Source of the DNA: an uncultured Chloroflexia bacterium | Lineage (GTDB): Bacteria; Chloroflexota; Limnocylindria; Limnocylindrales; CSP1-4 | NCBI GenBank assembly: GCA_963768655.1 | Contig: CAVYIM010000004.1 | Span: forward strand, 32,001 to 96,000 | DNA: 64,000 nucleotides | Direction of reading: 5' to 3' | In this document: in pieces, positions 41,953 to 50,694 of the stretch | How the letters are laid out: every line of letters begins with the position of its first letter | How positions within the stretch are numbered: position 1 is the stretch's first letter | The notes under the pieces: generated by a model | The model's database searches: none | Seen by the model: the letters and a program-made list of their open reading frames with translations, nothing else | What the model was told of the DNA's origin: nothing | Position numbers and translations under genes: made by a program

Positions 41953-42521
41953 CGCTCGATCTCCCGGCGCAGCAGACGCTGCGCGTAGTGCAGCCTCGAC
42001 TTCACCGTGCCCACGGGCAGGTCCAGGTGAGTCGCGATCTGCTCCAGAGGCATATCTCGCCAGTAACGGAAGACGATCACCACGCGCTGCTCCGGAGACA
42101 GACAGGCAAGTGCCCGGCCGACCGCATCCCGATTTAGGGTGGCTCGAAATGGGTCGGCCGTGGCGACGCCCAATTCGTCGTCGAGAACCAGCAATCGAAC
42201 CCGACGGCGCGCCTGGATGCTGTTACGACACACGTTGACCACGATGCGGTCCAGCCAGGCGCCGAAGCTGTCCGTGTCGCGCAGCTTCGGCCAGGCCTGC
42301 CATGCTCGAACGAGTGCCTCCTGGACGGCGTCCTCGGCCTCGCCTCGGTCGCCCAGCAGATAGCCCGCCAGCTTGTAGGCACCGTCGAGGTGGCGAGTCG
42401 CGAGCCGGGCCCACTCGACGCCGAGCTCTGTAGCATCGGGTGCGGACGCAGATGCAGACGCGTTCGCTCTCTGCGCCATCATCGCCTCCGCTGAGGTGTG
42501 TCCAACTGCGGCTTTCTCCAT
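41949..42521 (-). CDS. ECF RNA polymerase sigma factor
   Basis: AEDAVQEA, FGAWLDRIVVN, LSPEQRVVI, IATHLDLPVGTVKSRL. Confidence 0.95.
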   Translation of the reverse strand: MEKAAVGHTSAEAMMAQRANASASASAPDATELGVEWARLATRHLDGAYKLAGYLLGDRGEAEDAVQEALVRAWQAWPKLRDTDSFGAWLDRIVVNVCRNSIQARRRVRLLVLDDELGVATADPFRATLNRDAVGRALACLSPEQRVVIVFRYWRDMPLEQIATHLDLPVGTVKSRLHYAQRLLRREIER

Positions 42522-42529
42522 GCCCCATC

Positions 42530-42557
42530 CAGACCGCCCGTCTAGGCCGAAGGTTCA
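42530..42557 (-). promoter_or_regulatory. ECF-type promoter (TGAACC-N17-GTCTG), probably autoregulatory
   Basis: Reverse complement: TGAACC ttcggcctagacgggcg GTCTG gatggggc ATG. Confidence 0.65.
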
Positions 42558-42805
42558 TTGTGGCGGCCCGAGACTTGATTCGTAGGCCGCCTTCAGGCTC
42601 GGAGGCAGACGGTGGCACTGCCAGACCGAAGTTCTCTCGCCGGCTGCGCCGGGCCGTGTAGGGCCGATCGGCTGTGCCGCCCGGCAGAACGACCGCCGCC
42701 GGACCTGGCACGCAACCCCGACCCGGAGCATATTGCTCCCCGAATGGGTGGTCCGGATGGCGCCAGCCGGCCTCCGGCATCACCCCCAACAGCCTGGAGG
42801 CGCGA

Positions 42806-44254
42806 ATGTATCCTCGCCGCCGCTGGGCCGTCGTCTTCGGGGCGATCCTGCTCGTCGGGGTCGTGGAGGCGCTCAGCGACTCGCTGCTCGACGCGGTCTT
42901 GCCCTTCCCGTTCGACACCCTCGTCGTCCTGACGGTCGTGGCGGCCGTGGCGATCGTCGCCGCCTGGTACGCGTTCCGGATCATCGACCGCCTGACGAGC
43001 GACCTAATCCACAGACATCAGGCGCTCAAGTTACGCAATGCCGCCTTGCGGGCCGTATACAACGTCAGTCTCGCGGTTGCCGGGCAGGCCGACCCGGACG
43101 AGACTCTGGCCGCCATCGTCGACCACGCCAGGCACCTGCTCCGGGTCGACGCCGCCCTGCTGGCCCTGGAGGGCCCGGAGGACGAGGTTCGCTTGCGCGC
43201 CTCCAGCGCCTCGCCGGGCGTGCTGATCGACGGGGCCGGCAGGCAGACCGTCGGGGCGCGGCGCGCAGCGAGGGTCGCTCCCAACGGCGGCTCGGGCAGC
43301 GACCTGTCTCGATACCTAGCGCCCGGGTACTCCATCAGGCTTGAGATGCCGGTGGGTCACGGCGAGGCGCGTGTCGGCTCCATAGGGCTGGCCACGGCAC
43401 TGCCGCGCCGTTTCTCCAGCGCGGATCTGGAGACGCTCTCGGCGCTGGCCACCCAGGTGGGACTGGCGCTCGAGGCGGCCCGCCTCCGCGACGAGCTGCG
43501 CGCGCTGGCCGTCCAGGGCGAGCGCGAGAGGATCGCCCGTGAGATGCACGACGGCATGGCCCAGGTGCTCGGGTACGTCAACACGAAGTCGCAGGCTGTG
43601 GAGGAGCTTCTCGCCGCCGGGCGAGTCGCCGAGGCCGGCAAACAGATGGCCGAGCTGGCGGCCGTGGCGAGATCCCTCTACGTCGACGTGCGTGAGGCGA
43701 TCCTGAGCCTGTCGCCGCCCGTCCTGCCCGAGCGTGGCCTTGCCGCTGCGCTCGAGGAGTACGCGGCGCGATTCGCGGAGTCCTCCAAGATGGCCGTGCG
43801 CTTCAAGGCGACTTCCGATGCCGGCAACCTAGCCCTGGCTCCCGAGGTAGGGGCGGAGATGTTCGGAGTCGCCCGCGAGGCGCTCACCAACATCCGAAAG
43901 CACGCCTACGCACGGCGGGTCACGATCGGCCTGACGGTCGAAGCCGCGGACGTGCTGCTGCGGATCGCCGACGACGGGATCGGCTTCGACGCGGAACGGG
44001 CCGGTTCGGAGCCTGAGAAGTGGCCCCACTTCGGGCTTGCCGGGATGCGAGAGCGAGCCGAGGCGGTCGGTGGTCGAATCGAATGGCGAAGCCGCCCGGG
44101 AGCGGGCTCGACGGTCGAGCTACGCGTCCCGGTTGCTCGAGGTCGCAACGGGGGCGGCTTCCCGCCATCCGGACCGGCTGATGCGGCAATCCGTCTCTCA
44201 GCGGGGCACCAGGCGGTCCAATCGCCCATACCTACCCATTCCGAGGCAGACTGA
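42806..44254 (+). CDS. Sensor histidine kinase (2 TM, GAF, HisKA_3, HATPase)
   Basis: ERERIAREMHD, EALTNIRKHA, DDGIGFD, HFGLAGMRERA; GGAGG before ATG 42806. Confidence 0.93.
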   Translation: MYPRRRWAVVFGAILLVGVVEALSDSLLDAVLPFPFDTLVVLTVVAAVAIVAAWYAFRIIDRLTSDLIHRHQALKLRNAALRAVYNVSLAVAGQADPDETLAAIVDHARHLLRVDAALLALEGPEDEVRLRASSASPGVLIDGAGRQTVGARRAARVAPNGGSGSDLSRYLAPGYSIRLEMPVGHGEARVGSIGLATALPRRFSSADLETLSALATQVGLALEAARLRDELRALAVQGERERIAREMHDGMAQVLGYVNTKSQAVEELLAAGRVAEAGKQMAELAAVARSLYVDVREAILSLSPPVLPERGLAAALEEYAARFAESSKMAVRFKATSDAGNLALAPEVGAEMFGVAREALTNIRKHAYARRVTIGLTVEAADVLLRIADDGIGFDAERAGSEPEKWPHFGLAGMRERAEAVGGRIEWRSRPGAGSTVELRVPVARGRNGGGFPPSGPADAAIRLSAGHQAVQSPIPTHSEAD

Positions 44255-44258
44255 GTCC

Positions 44259-44954
44259 ATGCGAACACTGCTGGTGGACGATCACGCGCTATTCCGCGAT
44301 GGTGTGGCGTCGCTCCTGCTCGCCTGGGGCCACGAGGTGGTGGGGCAGGCCTCCGACGGCGAACAGGCGATCGAGCTCGTGGAATCGACCGCGCCTGACG
44401 TCGTCCTGATGGATGTCCGGATGCCCAAAGTCTCGGGCCTGGAGGCGACGGCGGAGATCAAGGCGCGCCATCCGGAAGTTGCCATCGTGATGCTCACGGT
44501 CAGTGAGGAAGAGGCCGATCTCTTCCGCGCCATCAAGGCCGGCGCCCAGGGCTACCTGCTCAAGAACCTCGAAGCGCCCCAGCTCCGCTCGATGCTGGAG
44601 GGCGTTGCCCGCGGCGAGCCGGCGATCACGCCGGGTACGGCCGCGCGCATCATCGACGAGTTCCTCCTCTCACCCGGCGGCGGCGCCGCTTCCCGATCCC
44701 AACGGCTCACCGAGCGTGAGCTTGGCGTGCTGCGCCTGGTTACCGAGGGCCTGCGTAACCGCGAGATCGCAGCCGAGCTCGGAATCAGCGAGAACACCGT
44801 GAAGTTCCATCTGAAGAACATCGTCGAGAAGCTGCACGCCCAGAACCGGGCCGAGCTCGCGGCCCGAGCCGTCCGCGAGGGCCTCGTGCCGGAGACGTAC
44901 CGGCACGACGGCGTTGGAGGCGCTCGCCGCGACGGGCCGTTCCGCCGCCGCTGA
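44259..44954 (+). CDS. NarL/LuxR family response regulator
   Basis: LVDDHALFRDG, DVVLMDVRMP, GYLLK, LTERE, ISENTVKFH. Confidence 0.95.
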   Translation: MRTLLVDDHALFRDGVASLLLAWGHEVVGQASDGEQAIELVESTAPDVVLMDVRMPKVSGLEATAEIKARHPEVAIVMLTVSEEEADLFRAIKAGAQGYLLKNLEAPQLRSMLEGVARGEPAITPGTAARIIDEFLLSPGGGAASRSQRLTERELGVLRLVTEGLRNREIAAELGISENTVKFHLKNIVEKLHAQNRAELAARAVREGLVPETYRHDGVGGARRDGPFRRR

Positions 44955-45103
44955 GCCGCGCCATCTCGCGCTGAGCCGCGCCATCTCGCGCTGAGCCGCG
45001 CCACCTCGCCCTGCCGCGCCCCGCGCTGAGCCGCGCCTCGCCCTGCCGCGCCCCGCGCTGAGCCGCGCCTCGCCCTGCCGCGCCATCTCGCGCTGAGCCG
45101 CGC
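44950..45103. repeat. Intergenic tandem repeat (gctgagccgcgcc core, 6 copies)
   Basis: Units of 20-35 bp beginning at the regulator stop codon. Confidence 0.9.
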
Positions 45104-45223
45104 CGCCCACGTCGGGCGATGCGCCCACCCGCCCGGGTAGCACAACTCCGGCCCTCCGGCAGATGCGGACGCGCCTGGCGCCCGCGACCATTCGGTCGAG
45201 AAAGCATATGGCCGAGGCGTCCA

Positions 45224-47245
45224 ATGGGTTATCGGATCCAGATCGAAAACGGCAACTGCCTGAACTGCGGCGTCTGCATGGACGTCTGCCCGGTTCAGGC
45301 GCTGGACATGAGCCGCCCGCAGCGGCCCGGGGTCGAAGGCGCCGGCATCTTCGGGCGGCCCTTCGACTGGATGATGGAGTACCCGGTCCAGGTCGGAGAG
45401 TGCGTCGGCTGCGGCATCTGCGTGCGCGAATGCCCAACCCACGTCGTGATGCTCGACACTGTCGCCGGTCCGACGCCGCTCGCCGCTCGCCAGGGCCCGG
45501 TTTCGCGGCCCGTCGAGGCGGCGCCCGCATGGCAGCCGCTGGGTGACGTAACGCGCGAATCGCTCAAGCCGGCCCGCGTGTCGCCATGGGGCGATCTCTT
45601 CCAGTGGCGGACCAGCGAGCGACCGAACGACTGGCAGGTCTGGCGGTCGATGGTCACCGAGAGCCGCCGGGATCCCATTTCGCCGTGCCAGGAAGCCTGC
45701 CCGGCCGGGACGGACGCAGGTCGTTACGTCGGCCTGATCGCCCAGGGCCGCTACGACGAGGCCTATGCGGTCGCGGCCGAGGTGAACCCCTTCCCGTCGG
45801 TCTGCGGCTGGATCTGCACCGCTCCGTGCGAGGCTGTGTGCCGGCGCGGCACCCTGGACGAACCGATCGCGATCCGCCGTCTCAAGCGATTCGCGACCGA
45901 GCAGGGCAAGCTGCCGCCCGTGGCCCCGCCCGCGAACAAGCGCTCGAAGAAGGTCGCGATCGTGGGCGGCGGGCCGGCCGGAATGTCGGCCGCCTACTAC
46001 CTCGCCCGTCTCGGCTATGGAGTGACGGTCTTCGAAGCGATGCCGGTGCCGGGCGGCATGATGGCCATCGGCATCCCGGAGTACCGCCTGCCGCGCACCG
46101 TGCTGCGGGCGGAGATCGACCGCATCGTCGGCCTCGGCGTGGAGCTCAAGCTCGACAGCGCCATGGGCCGCGACTTCACGCTGGCCGATCTGGAGACGAA
46201 GTACGACGCCATCTTCCTGGCGACGGGCGCATCGCGCAGCCGCAAGCTCGGCGTGCCCGGTGACGGGCTGCCGGGCGTCGTGCCCGCCACGTTCTTCCTC
46301 AAGCAGGTCAACCTCGGTGAGAAGCCGGTCCTGCGCGGCTCGGTCGTGGTCGTCGGCGGCGGTAGCACGGCCATGGACGCGGCTCGCTCGGCGCTCCGTT
46401 CGGGCGCTTCCTCAGTAACGGTCCTCTACCGGCGCGGTCGGGCCGAGATGCCGGCTCAGGCTGAAGAGGTCGAAGCGGCCGAGCATGAGGGCGTGGTCAT
46501 CCAGTTCGAGGCGGCCGTGTCGGAGGTCGTCGGTTCGGCCAAGGGCGTGACGGCCGTCAAGTTCGTCAGCCAGCGCCCCACCGGGAAGTTCGACGGCGGC
46601 CGTGCCGTCTACGAGCCGATCCCCGGCAGCGATCGAGAGAAGTCCGCCACCACGGTGCTGGTGGCGGTGGGCGAGGAGCCCGACCCGTCGATCCTGCCCC
46701 AGGGCGCGGGCATCGAGACCAGCGGCTTCTCCGGCATCGTGGCCGACGCGGGTCAGGCGACGGGTCGCAGGGGCGTCTTCGCCGGCGGCGACGTCGTGTC
46801 GGGCGCCAAGACGATCATCCATGCCGTCGGCGCGGGCCGGCGCGCCGCCGGCTCGATCCACGAGTACCTGTCCGGCAGCCACGACGGCGAAGCCGAGATC
46901 ATGGCCACAGTCCGAGTGCCCAAGGGTCCGGAGCCGGTCCTGACGGTGGACCTGGACGTGCGGCCACGAGTCGGGATGGAGCTGCCCGCGTACGAGCCGG
47001 GATCCTTCACGCCGACTCAACCCAGCCTGGGGGTGGCGGCCGCCGGGAAGGAAGCGACCCGCTGCTTCCGCTGCGACGCCATCTATCGCTGCGAGACGGT
47101 CCACGTCCAGTCCGGCCGGGGCCCGCGGGACGGCCCGCGCGACGGCCCGGGCGATAGTTCGGGGCCAGGCAAGACTCCCCTCATTCAGCCCCCGCTCGCG
47201 GGCCCAGCGAGCAATCCTCCACAGACTCTCGGAGGTCGCGACTGA
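45224..47245 (+). CDS. 2x[4Fe-4S] ferredoxin fused to a GltD/NfnB-like FAD/NAD(P)H oxidoreductase
   Basis: CLNCGVCMDVCP, CVGCGICVRECP, PCQEACPAG, CGWICTAPCEAVCRRG, VGGGPAG, GIPEYRLP, GGGSTAMD, FAGGD, EATRCFRC. Confidence 0.92.
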   Translation: MGYRIQIENGNCLNCGVCMDVCPVQALDMSRPQRPGVEGAGIFGRPFDWMMEYPVQVGECVGCGICVRECPTHVVMLDTVAGPTPLAARQGPVSRPVEAAPAWQPLGDVTRESLKPARVSPWGDLFQWRTSERPNDWQVWRSMVTESRRDPISPCQEACPAGTDAGRYVGLIAQGRYDEAYAVAAEVNPFPSVCGWICTAPCEAVCRRGTLDEPIAIRRLKRFATEQGKLPPVAPPANKRSKKVAIVGGGPAGMSAAYYLARLGYGVTVFEAMPVPGGMMAIGIPEYRLPRTVLRAEIDRIVGLGVELKLDSAMGRDFTLADLETKYDAIFLATGASRSRKLGVPGDGLPGVVPATFFLKQVNLGEKPVLRGSVVVVGGGSTAMDAARSALRSGASSVTVLYRRGRAEMPAQAEEVEAAEHEGVVIQFEAAVSEVVGSAKGVTAVKFVSQRPTGKFDGGRAVYEPIPGSDREKSATTVLVAVGEEPDPSILPQGAGIETSGFSGIVADAGQATGRRGVFAGGDVVSGAKTIIHAVGAGRRAAGSIHEYLSGSHDGEAEIMATVRVPKGPEPVLTVDLDVRPRVGMELPAYEPGSFTPTQPSLGVAAAGKEATRCFRCDAIYRCETVHVQSGRGPRDGPRDGPGDSSGPGKTPLIQPPLAGPASNPPQTLGGRD

Positions 47246-47886
47246 TGGACTCACCGGCGTTCGGTGCAGCCGAGCAATTCGTCGAAGGGACGATAGCCGC
47301 TGCGCTCGTGGCCCTGTGGCTGCTGGCTGTCGCCCTGCATCTGGCCAGGCCGTACATGCTCGCCCTGACGCGAAAGTTCACGCTCCGGCTCGGAGCCGAT
47401 CTGTGGTGGACCATCTACGTCGGGATGCGGGACATCTTCCTGCTGCAGGTCTTCCTGGGCAGCTTCATCTTCTTGTACCCCGACGTCGTCAAAGCCAACG
47501 ACCTGCCGATCACGGGCGGGCTGGCCGGCGCCTGTGCCTTCGCCGCCCTCCTGCTCAAGCTGATGACCAGGGCGGATGCCGACTCGCGAAGCTTCTACGC
47601 GCAGACCGTGTTGATCGCGCTTGGAGCCTCCCTCTACCTGGGTGCCTACTTGCTCGGCAGCCAGATGACGACCGTCGGCAGCAGCATCTCGAACCAGCTG
47701 GCCTCGATCCTGGTGAGCTCGCAGAACCAGACGATCGCGCTGGCGCTGTGCTATCTGTCGGCGCTCCTAATCGGGATCATGGGAATCGTGGCCGTCGTCT
47801 ACAACCTCCGCCTTGCCTCACCAGCCCCGCGCAAGGCCGATGCCGTCGCTGCCAGCCAGCCCGCGGCCAAGAACCAGGAGAGATAA
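47245..47886 (+). CDS. Hypothetical membrane protein (about 5-6 TM)
   Basis: TGATG coupling to the oxidoreductase; GGAGG RBS; ALHLARPY..FTLRLGADLWW.IYVGMRD. Confidence 0.85.
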   Translation: MDSPAFGAAEQFVEGTIAAALVALWLLAVALHLARPYMLALTRKFTLRLGADLWWTIYVGMRDIFLLQVFLGSFIFLYPDVVKANDLPITGGLAGACAFAALLLKLMTRADADSRSFYAQTVLIALGASLYLGAYLLGSQMTTVGSSISNQLASILVSSQNQTIALALCYLSALLIGIMGIVAVVYNLRLASPAPRKADAVAASQPAAKNQER

Positions 47887-47888
47887 CG

Positions 47889-48523
47889 ATGTCGCCCGAC
47901 CAGCAGACTCAGGCACTCGTTCAGGGCACGCAGTACTGGCTGATCCTCTCTGTCGCGGCCATTCTGCCCATCCTGTGGGCCTTCACTCTTGCGCTCCACT
48001 TCGCCAGGCCGTACGTCATCCGCTACCTGCAGACGCTGACTCTGCGGTTCGGCGGCGACGTGTGGTGGCTCAGCTACGTCCTGATGCGAGATGGACTGCT
48101 CGTCGTGACGTTCGCTCTGAGCGCCATCTTCCTCTTCCCGAACGTCTACATGAGCTCCGACCTTCAGGTGCCGATCACGGCGCCGCTCGCCGCGCTGGTG
48201 CTCTTCTGGGCCCTGCTCGCCAAGCTCACCGGCGACTCCGACGACGACGCCCGGACCTTCCGCATCGTCTCGGTGCTGCTGGTCGTCGCCTCGATGCTCT
48301 ACATCATCCCGCAGATCTACGGTGTCGAGGCCGGCGACCAGGTGGACTCGCTGAACGCCATCGCCAACCTGGGGGGATCCCGGGCGCGCTCGTCAGCGGC
48401 GTCAACCCCAGCGTCTCCTACCCGATTCTCAATCTCAGCCTGCTTGGATTTGCCGCTACCGGCGCGGTCATCTTCGGCTGGTTCCTGCGCAAGACGAAGT
48501 TCGAGCCCGCGGATCTCGGGTAG
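47889..48523 (+). CDS. Hypothetical membrane protein, paralog of the preceding gene; frameshift in the G-run near 48371-48376
   Basis: ALHFARPY..LTLRFGGDVWWLSYVLMRD. The last TM (YPILNLSLLGFAATGAVIFGWFL) continues in another frame after GGGGGG. Confidence 0.8.
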
Positions 48524-48554
48524 GCGGCGGGCATTAGCTAGCCGGCCGCTCGAG

Positions 48555-48590
48555 AAGGACCGCCGCTCTTCGGAGCGGCCGTCCTTACTT
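48555..48590 (+). terminator. Stem-loop with UUCG loop after the membrane protein genes
   Basis: aaggac-c-gccgctc-ttcg-gagcggc-c-gtcctt-actt. Confidence 0.6.
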
Positions 48591-48685
48591 GCGCTCGGAG
48601 CCGCGCTCGGTGGCCCTCCTCGCCCCCGGCTTCCTATTCCGCGGCCGCTGCCGACACCCCTGGCACGTACCAGAGGCAATCGGCC

Positions 48686-48988
48686 ATGAACGTCGAAGCG
48701 ATCGACCCAACGTCCACCGCGACTCCCGCGGCGACGGCCGCGAGCCCGCCGGCGAGGAAGGCGCCACCTGCCCGGCCCGCCGCCCCGCCCGCGGCCCGGC
48801 AGGTCACCGTCGCGGCGCTGACGACTCCGGCGGCGACGGCCACCGTCACTTCAGTGCCTGCGAGCGTGGCGCCCGAAGATCGGGCGCTGTACCTGCAGAT
48901 CCTGAAGTCTCTGGACGGCAACGTGAACGCGGCTCTTGCCACGCTGCAGGCGTTGCAGGCCAAGGATGGTTCCGCGGGTCAGAGCTAG
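48686..48988 (+). CDS. Small hypothetical protein (Ala/Pro-rich linker, short helical C-terminus)
   Basis: GAGG RBS; codon usage fits; stop lies in the CTAG shared with the IS end. Confidence 0.55.
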   Translation: MNVEAIDPTSTATPAATAASPPARKAPPARPAAPPAARQVTVAALTTPAATATVTSVPASVAPEDRALYLQILKSLDGNVNAALATLQALQAKDGSAGQS

Positions 48989-49414
48989 TGTCCCAATTCG
49001 CCGATCACTGAGGGCTTGCGCACCGCCTTGGCCAGGATCTGATCGGCGGTCTTGACCCAGGCGAAGGGCGTAGAGCCCTCGTTCCAGCTGGCCGTGAAGG
49101 CCACGATCATCGCGATGAGTTCCTTGACCGAACGGAAGCTGCCCCGGCGAATAGCCTGACGGGAGAGGATGCCGAACCAGGTCTCGATCTGGTTCATCCA
49201 GGACGCGCTGGTGGGGGTGAAGTGAAAGCTAACTCGCGGATTAGCTTCGAGCCACTCGCGGATGGCCGGCGTCTTGTGGGAGCTGACGTTGTCGAGCACG
49301 ACCGCAAGTTCTCCCTGCGGATAGGCCCGCTCGATCTCGCGCAGGAAGGCCAGGAAGTCGGCAGCCGTGTGGCGAGCCCGCGTCTGAGTGGTCACCTTGC
49401 CAGTGGCGACTTCC
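48985..49414 (-). mobile_element. IS630-family transposase 3' remnant
   Basis: EVATGKV, VVLDNVSSHK, FHFTPTSASWMNQIETWF, RRGSFRSV. Ends at CTAG; N-terminal HTH and first catalytic Asp are absent. Confidence 0.9.
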
Positions 49415-49502
49415 CGCTGCCGAAACGCTGGGGGTGCTTACCCTCCGCGTCGGGCGGTGCGATCCGCCGCCCTCGCCATGCGGCGGAGCGCAACGGTCGA
49501 CT

Positions 49503-49750
49503 CGGGCCTTGCCTTCTGGCCCAACTTGCCTGGAGTGAGAGTTAGCCGTCCGGCCGCGACCCTTCAGCGGGCCGTGCGGCGGCGTGGAACCGTCAGAGTG
49601 CAGGAGCCACGCTCGGGCGCGGGCTGGCGAGGTGGTCATTGACCGGTCCGGGCCTGCTCGGAGCGGTCGCGCCGCGACCAGTCACGCTACTGGCTGCTGT
49701 AACTCCCATCCGGGGCAAGTTCGGACCAGATGCCGGGCGTCACGGCCCGG
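49503..49750. other. Long nested imperfect inverted repeat (candidate structured RNA or element end)
   Basis: Arms 49515-49544/49700-49730, 49556-49573/49651-49670 and 49582-49587/49607-49612 are complementary. Confidence 0.55.
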
Positions 49751-49821
49751 GCCGCCCCCCTCGAGGGGCCTTGACTGACGCCGCGTGCCGCCGCCAGGCG
49801 CCGCGAGACTCTCGCCCGGCG

Positions 49822-50694
49822 CTACCCCCGCAGCCCCGCCGGTATCCGTGCCGCGGCGGCCTCGTCGACGATCCAGGCAGCGCCAGGACGACGGGTTCGC
49901 TGGACCGGCCAGCGGCGATCGTCGCGCACCTCGCCGAAGACGTGGCCCAGGGCCTCGTCCTTGTTCTCGCCCCACGTCACGACCAGCACTGGCGCGGCCT
50001 CGAGAAGGCGCGGATTGAGCGTCACGCGAGGCAGGTGAGGGCCGATGTGCTCGGGAGCCGGCACGCCCATCGCCCAGTCCATCCGGTCCAGCGCGGGGCT
50101 GTCGGGGAAGACCGAGAGAACGTGGCCGTCGTCGCCGACGCCGACCAGGATGAGATCGAAGACGGGCCAGTTGCCGTCCGCGAGGGGGAGGTGGCGCCCC
50201 ATCTCCTCGGCGTAGCGGGCGGCGCACCAGGCGGTGTCGTGGTAGTCCGCGATGGCCCGATCCGTCGGGAAGACGTGGATGTTGGCCGTCGGGAGAGGCG
50301 CGCTGCCGTGCTCGCCCGCCCCGCCCCCCAGAAGCACGTCGTCCAGACTCGTCACGTTGGATTCGGGGTGACCTCGCGGCACGTAGCGGTCGTCGCCCCA
50401 CCAGAAATGGACTTGCTGCCAGGGAATGCGATCGCACAGCGGCAGCTGCGACAACAGCCGGTAGATCGGTATTGGCGTGCTGCCGCCGGTGGTGCAGAAG
50501 TCGGCCCGGCCGCGCCGCTCGACGGCGGCCACGAGCGCCGCGGCGATCCGATCGGCAGCCTCGCGCGCGGCCGCGCCGGCATCGGCCACGACCAGCAGGT
50601 CGGGCTCGCCCTGGTTGGGGGCCGGGAGGCCCGAGGCGCTGGTGCCGGCCAGGCGTTCGGGCGCTCGAAACAGGTCCGGGTCTTGCTCAGTCAT
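49822..50694 (-). CDS. pgl: 6-phosphogluconolactonase
   Basis: TGGSTP, WGDDRYVP..HPESN, FDLILVGVGDDGHVLSVFP, RVTL. Confidence 0.93.
   Translation of the reverse strand: MTEQDPDLFRAPERLAGTSASGLPAPNQGEPDLLVVADAGAAAREAADRIAAALVAAVERRGRADFCTTGGSTPIPIYRLLSQLPLCDRIPWQQVHFWWGDDRYVPRGHPESNVTSLDDVLLGGGAGEHGSAPLPTANIHVFPTDRAIADYHDTAWCAARYAEEMGRHLPLADGNWPVFDLILVGVGDDGHVLSVFPDSPALDRMDWAMGVPAPEHIGPHLPRVTLNPRLLEAAPVLVVTWGENKDEALGHVFGEVRDDRRWPVQRTRRPGAAWIVDEAAAARIPAGLRG

Noticed and set aside
44950-45103. Repeat array as a CRISPR
   Set aside because: No unique spacers, short GC-rich units made of the same sub-motifs, and no cas genes in the window.
49580-49615. SRP RNA domain IV
   Set aside because: gaaccgtcag is similar, but the CCGGAAGG-AGCAGC core is missing.
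49515-49730. Integron attC site
   Set aside because: AAC/GTT ends are present, but the R and L boxes do not fit cleanly, and no integrase or cassette array is seen.
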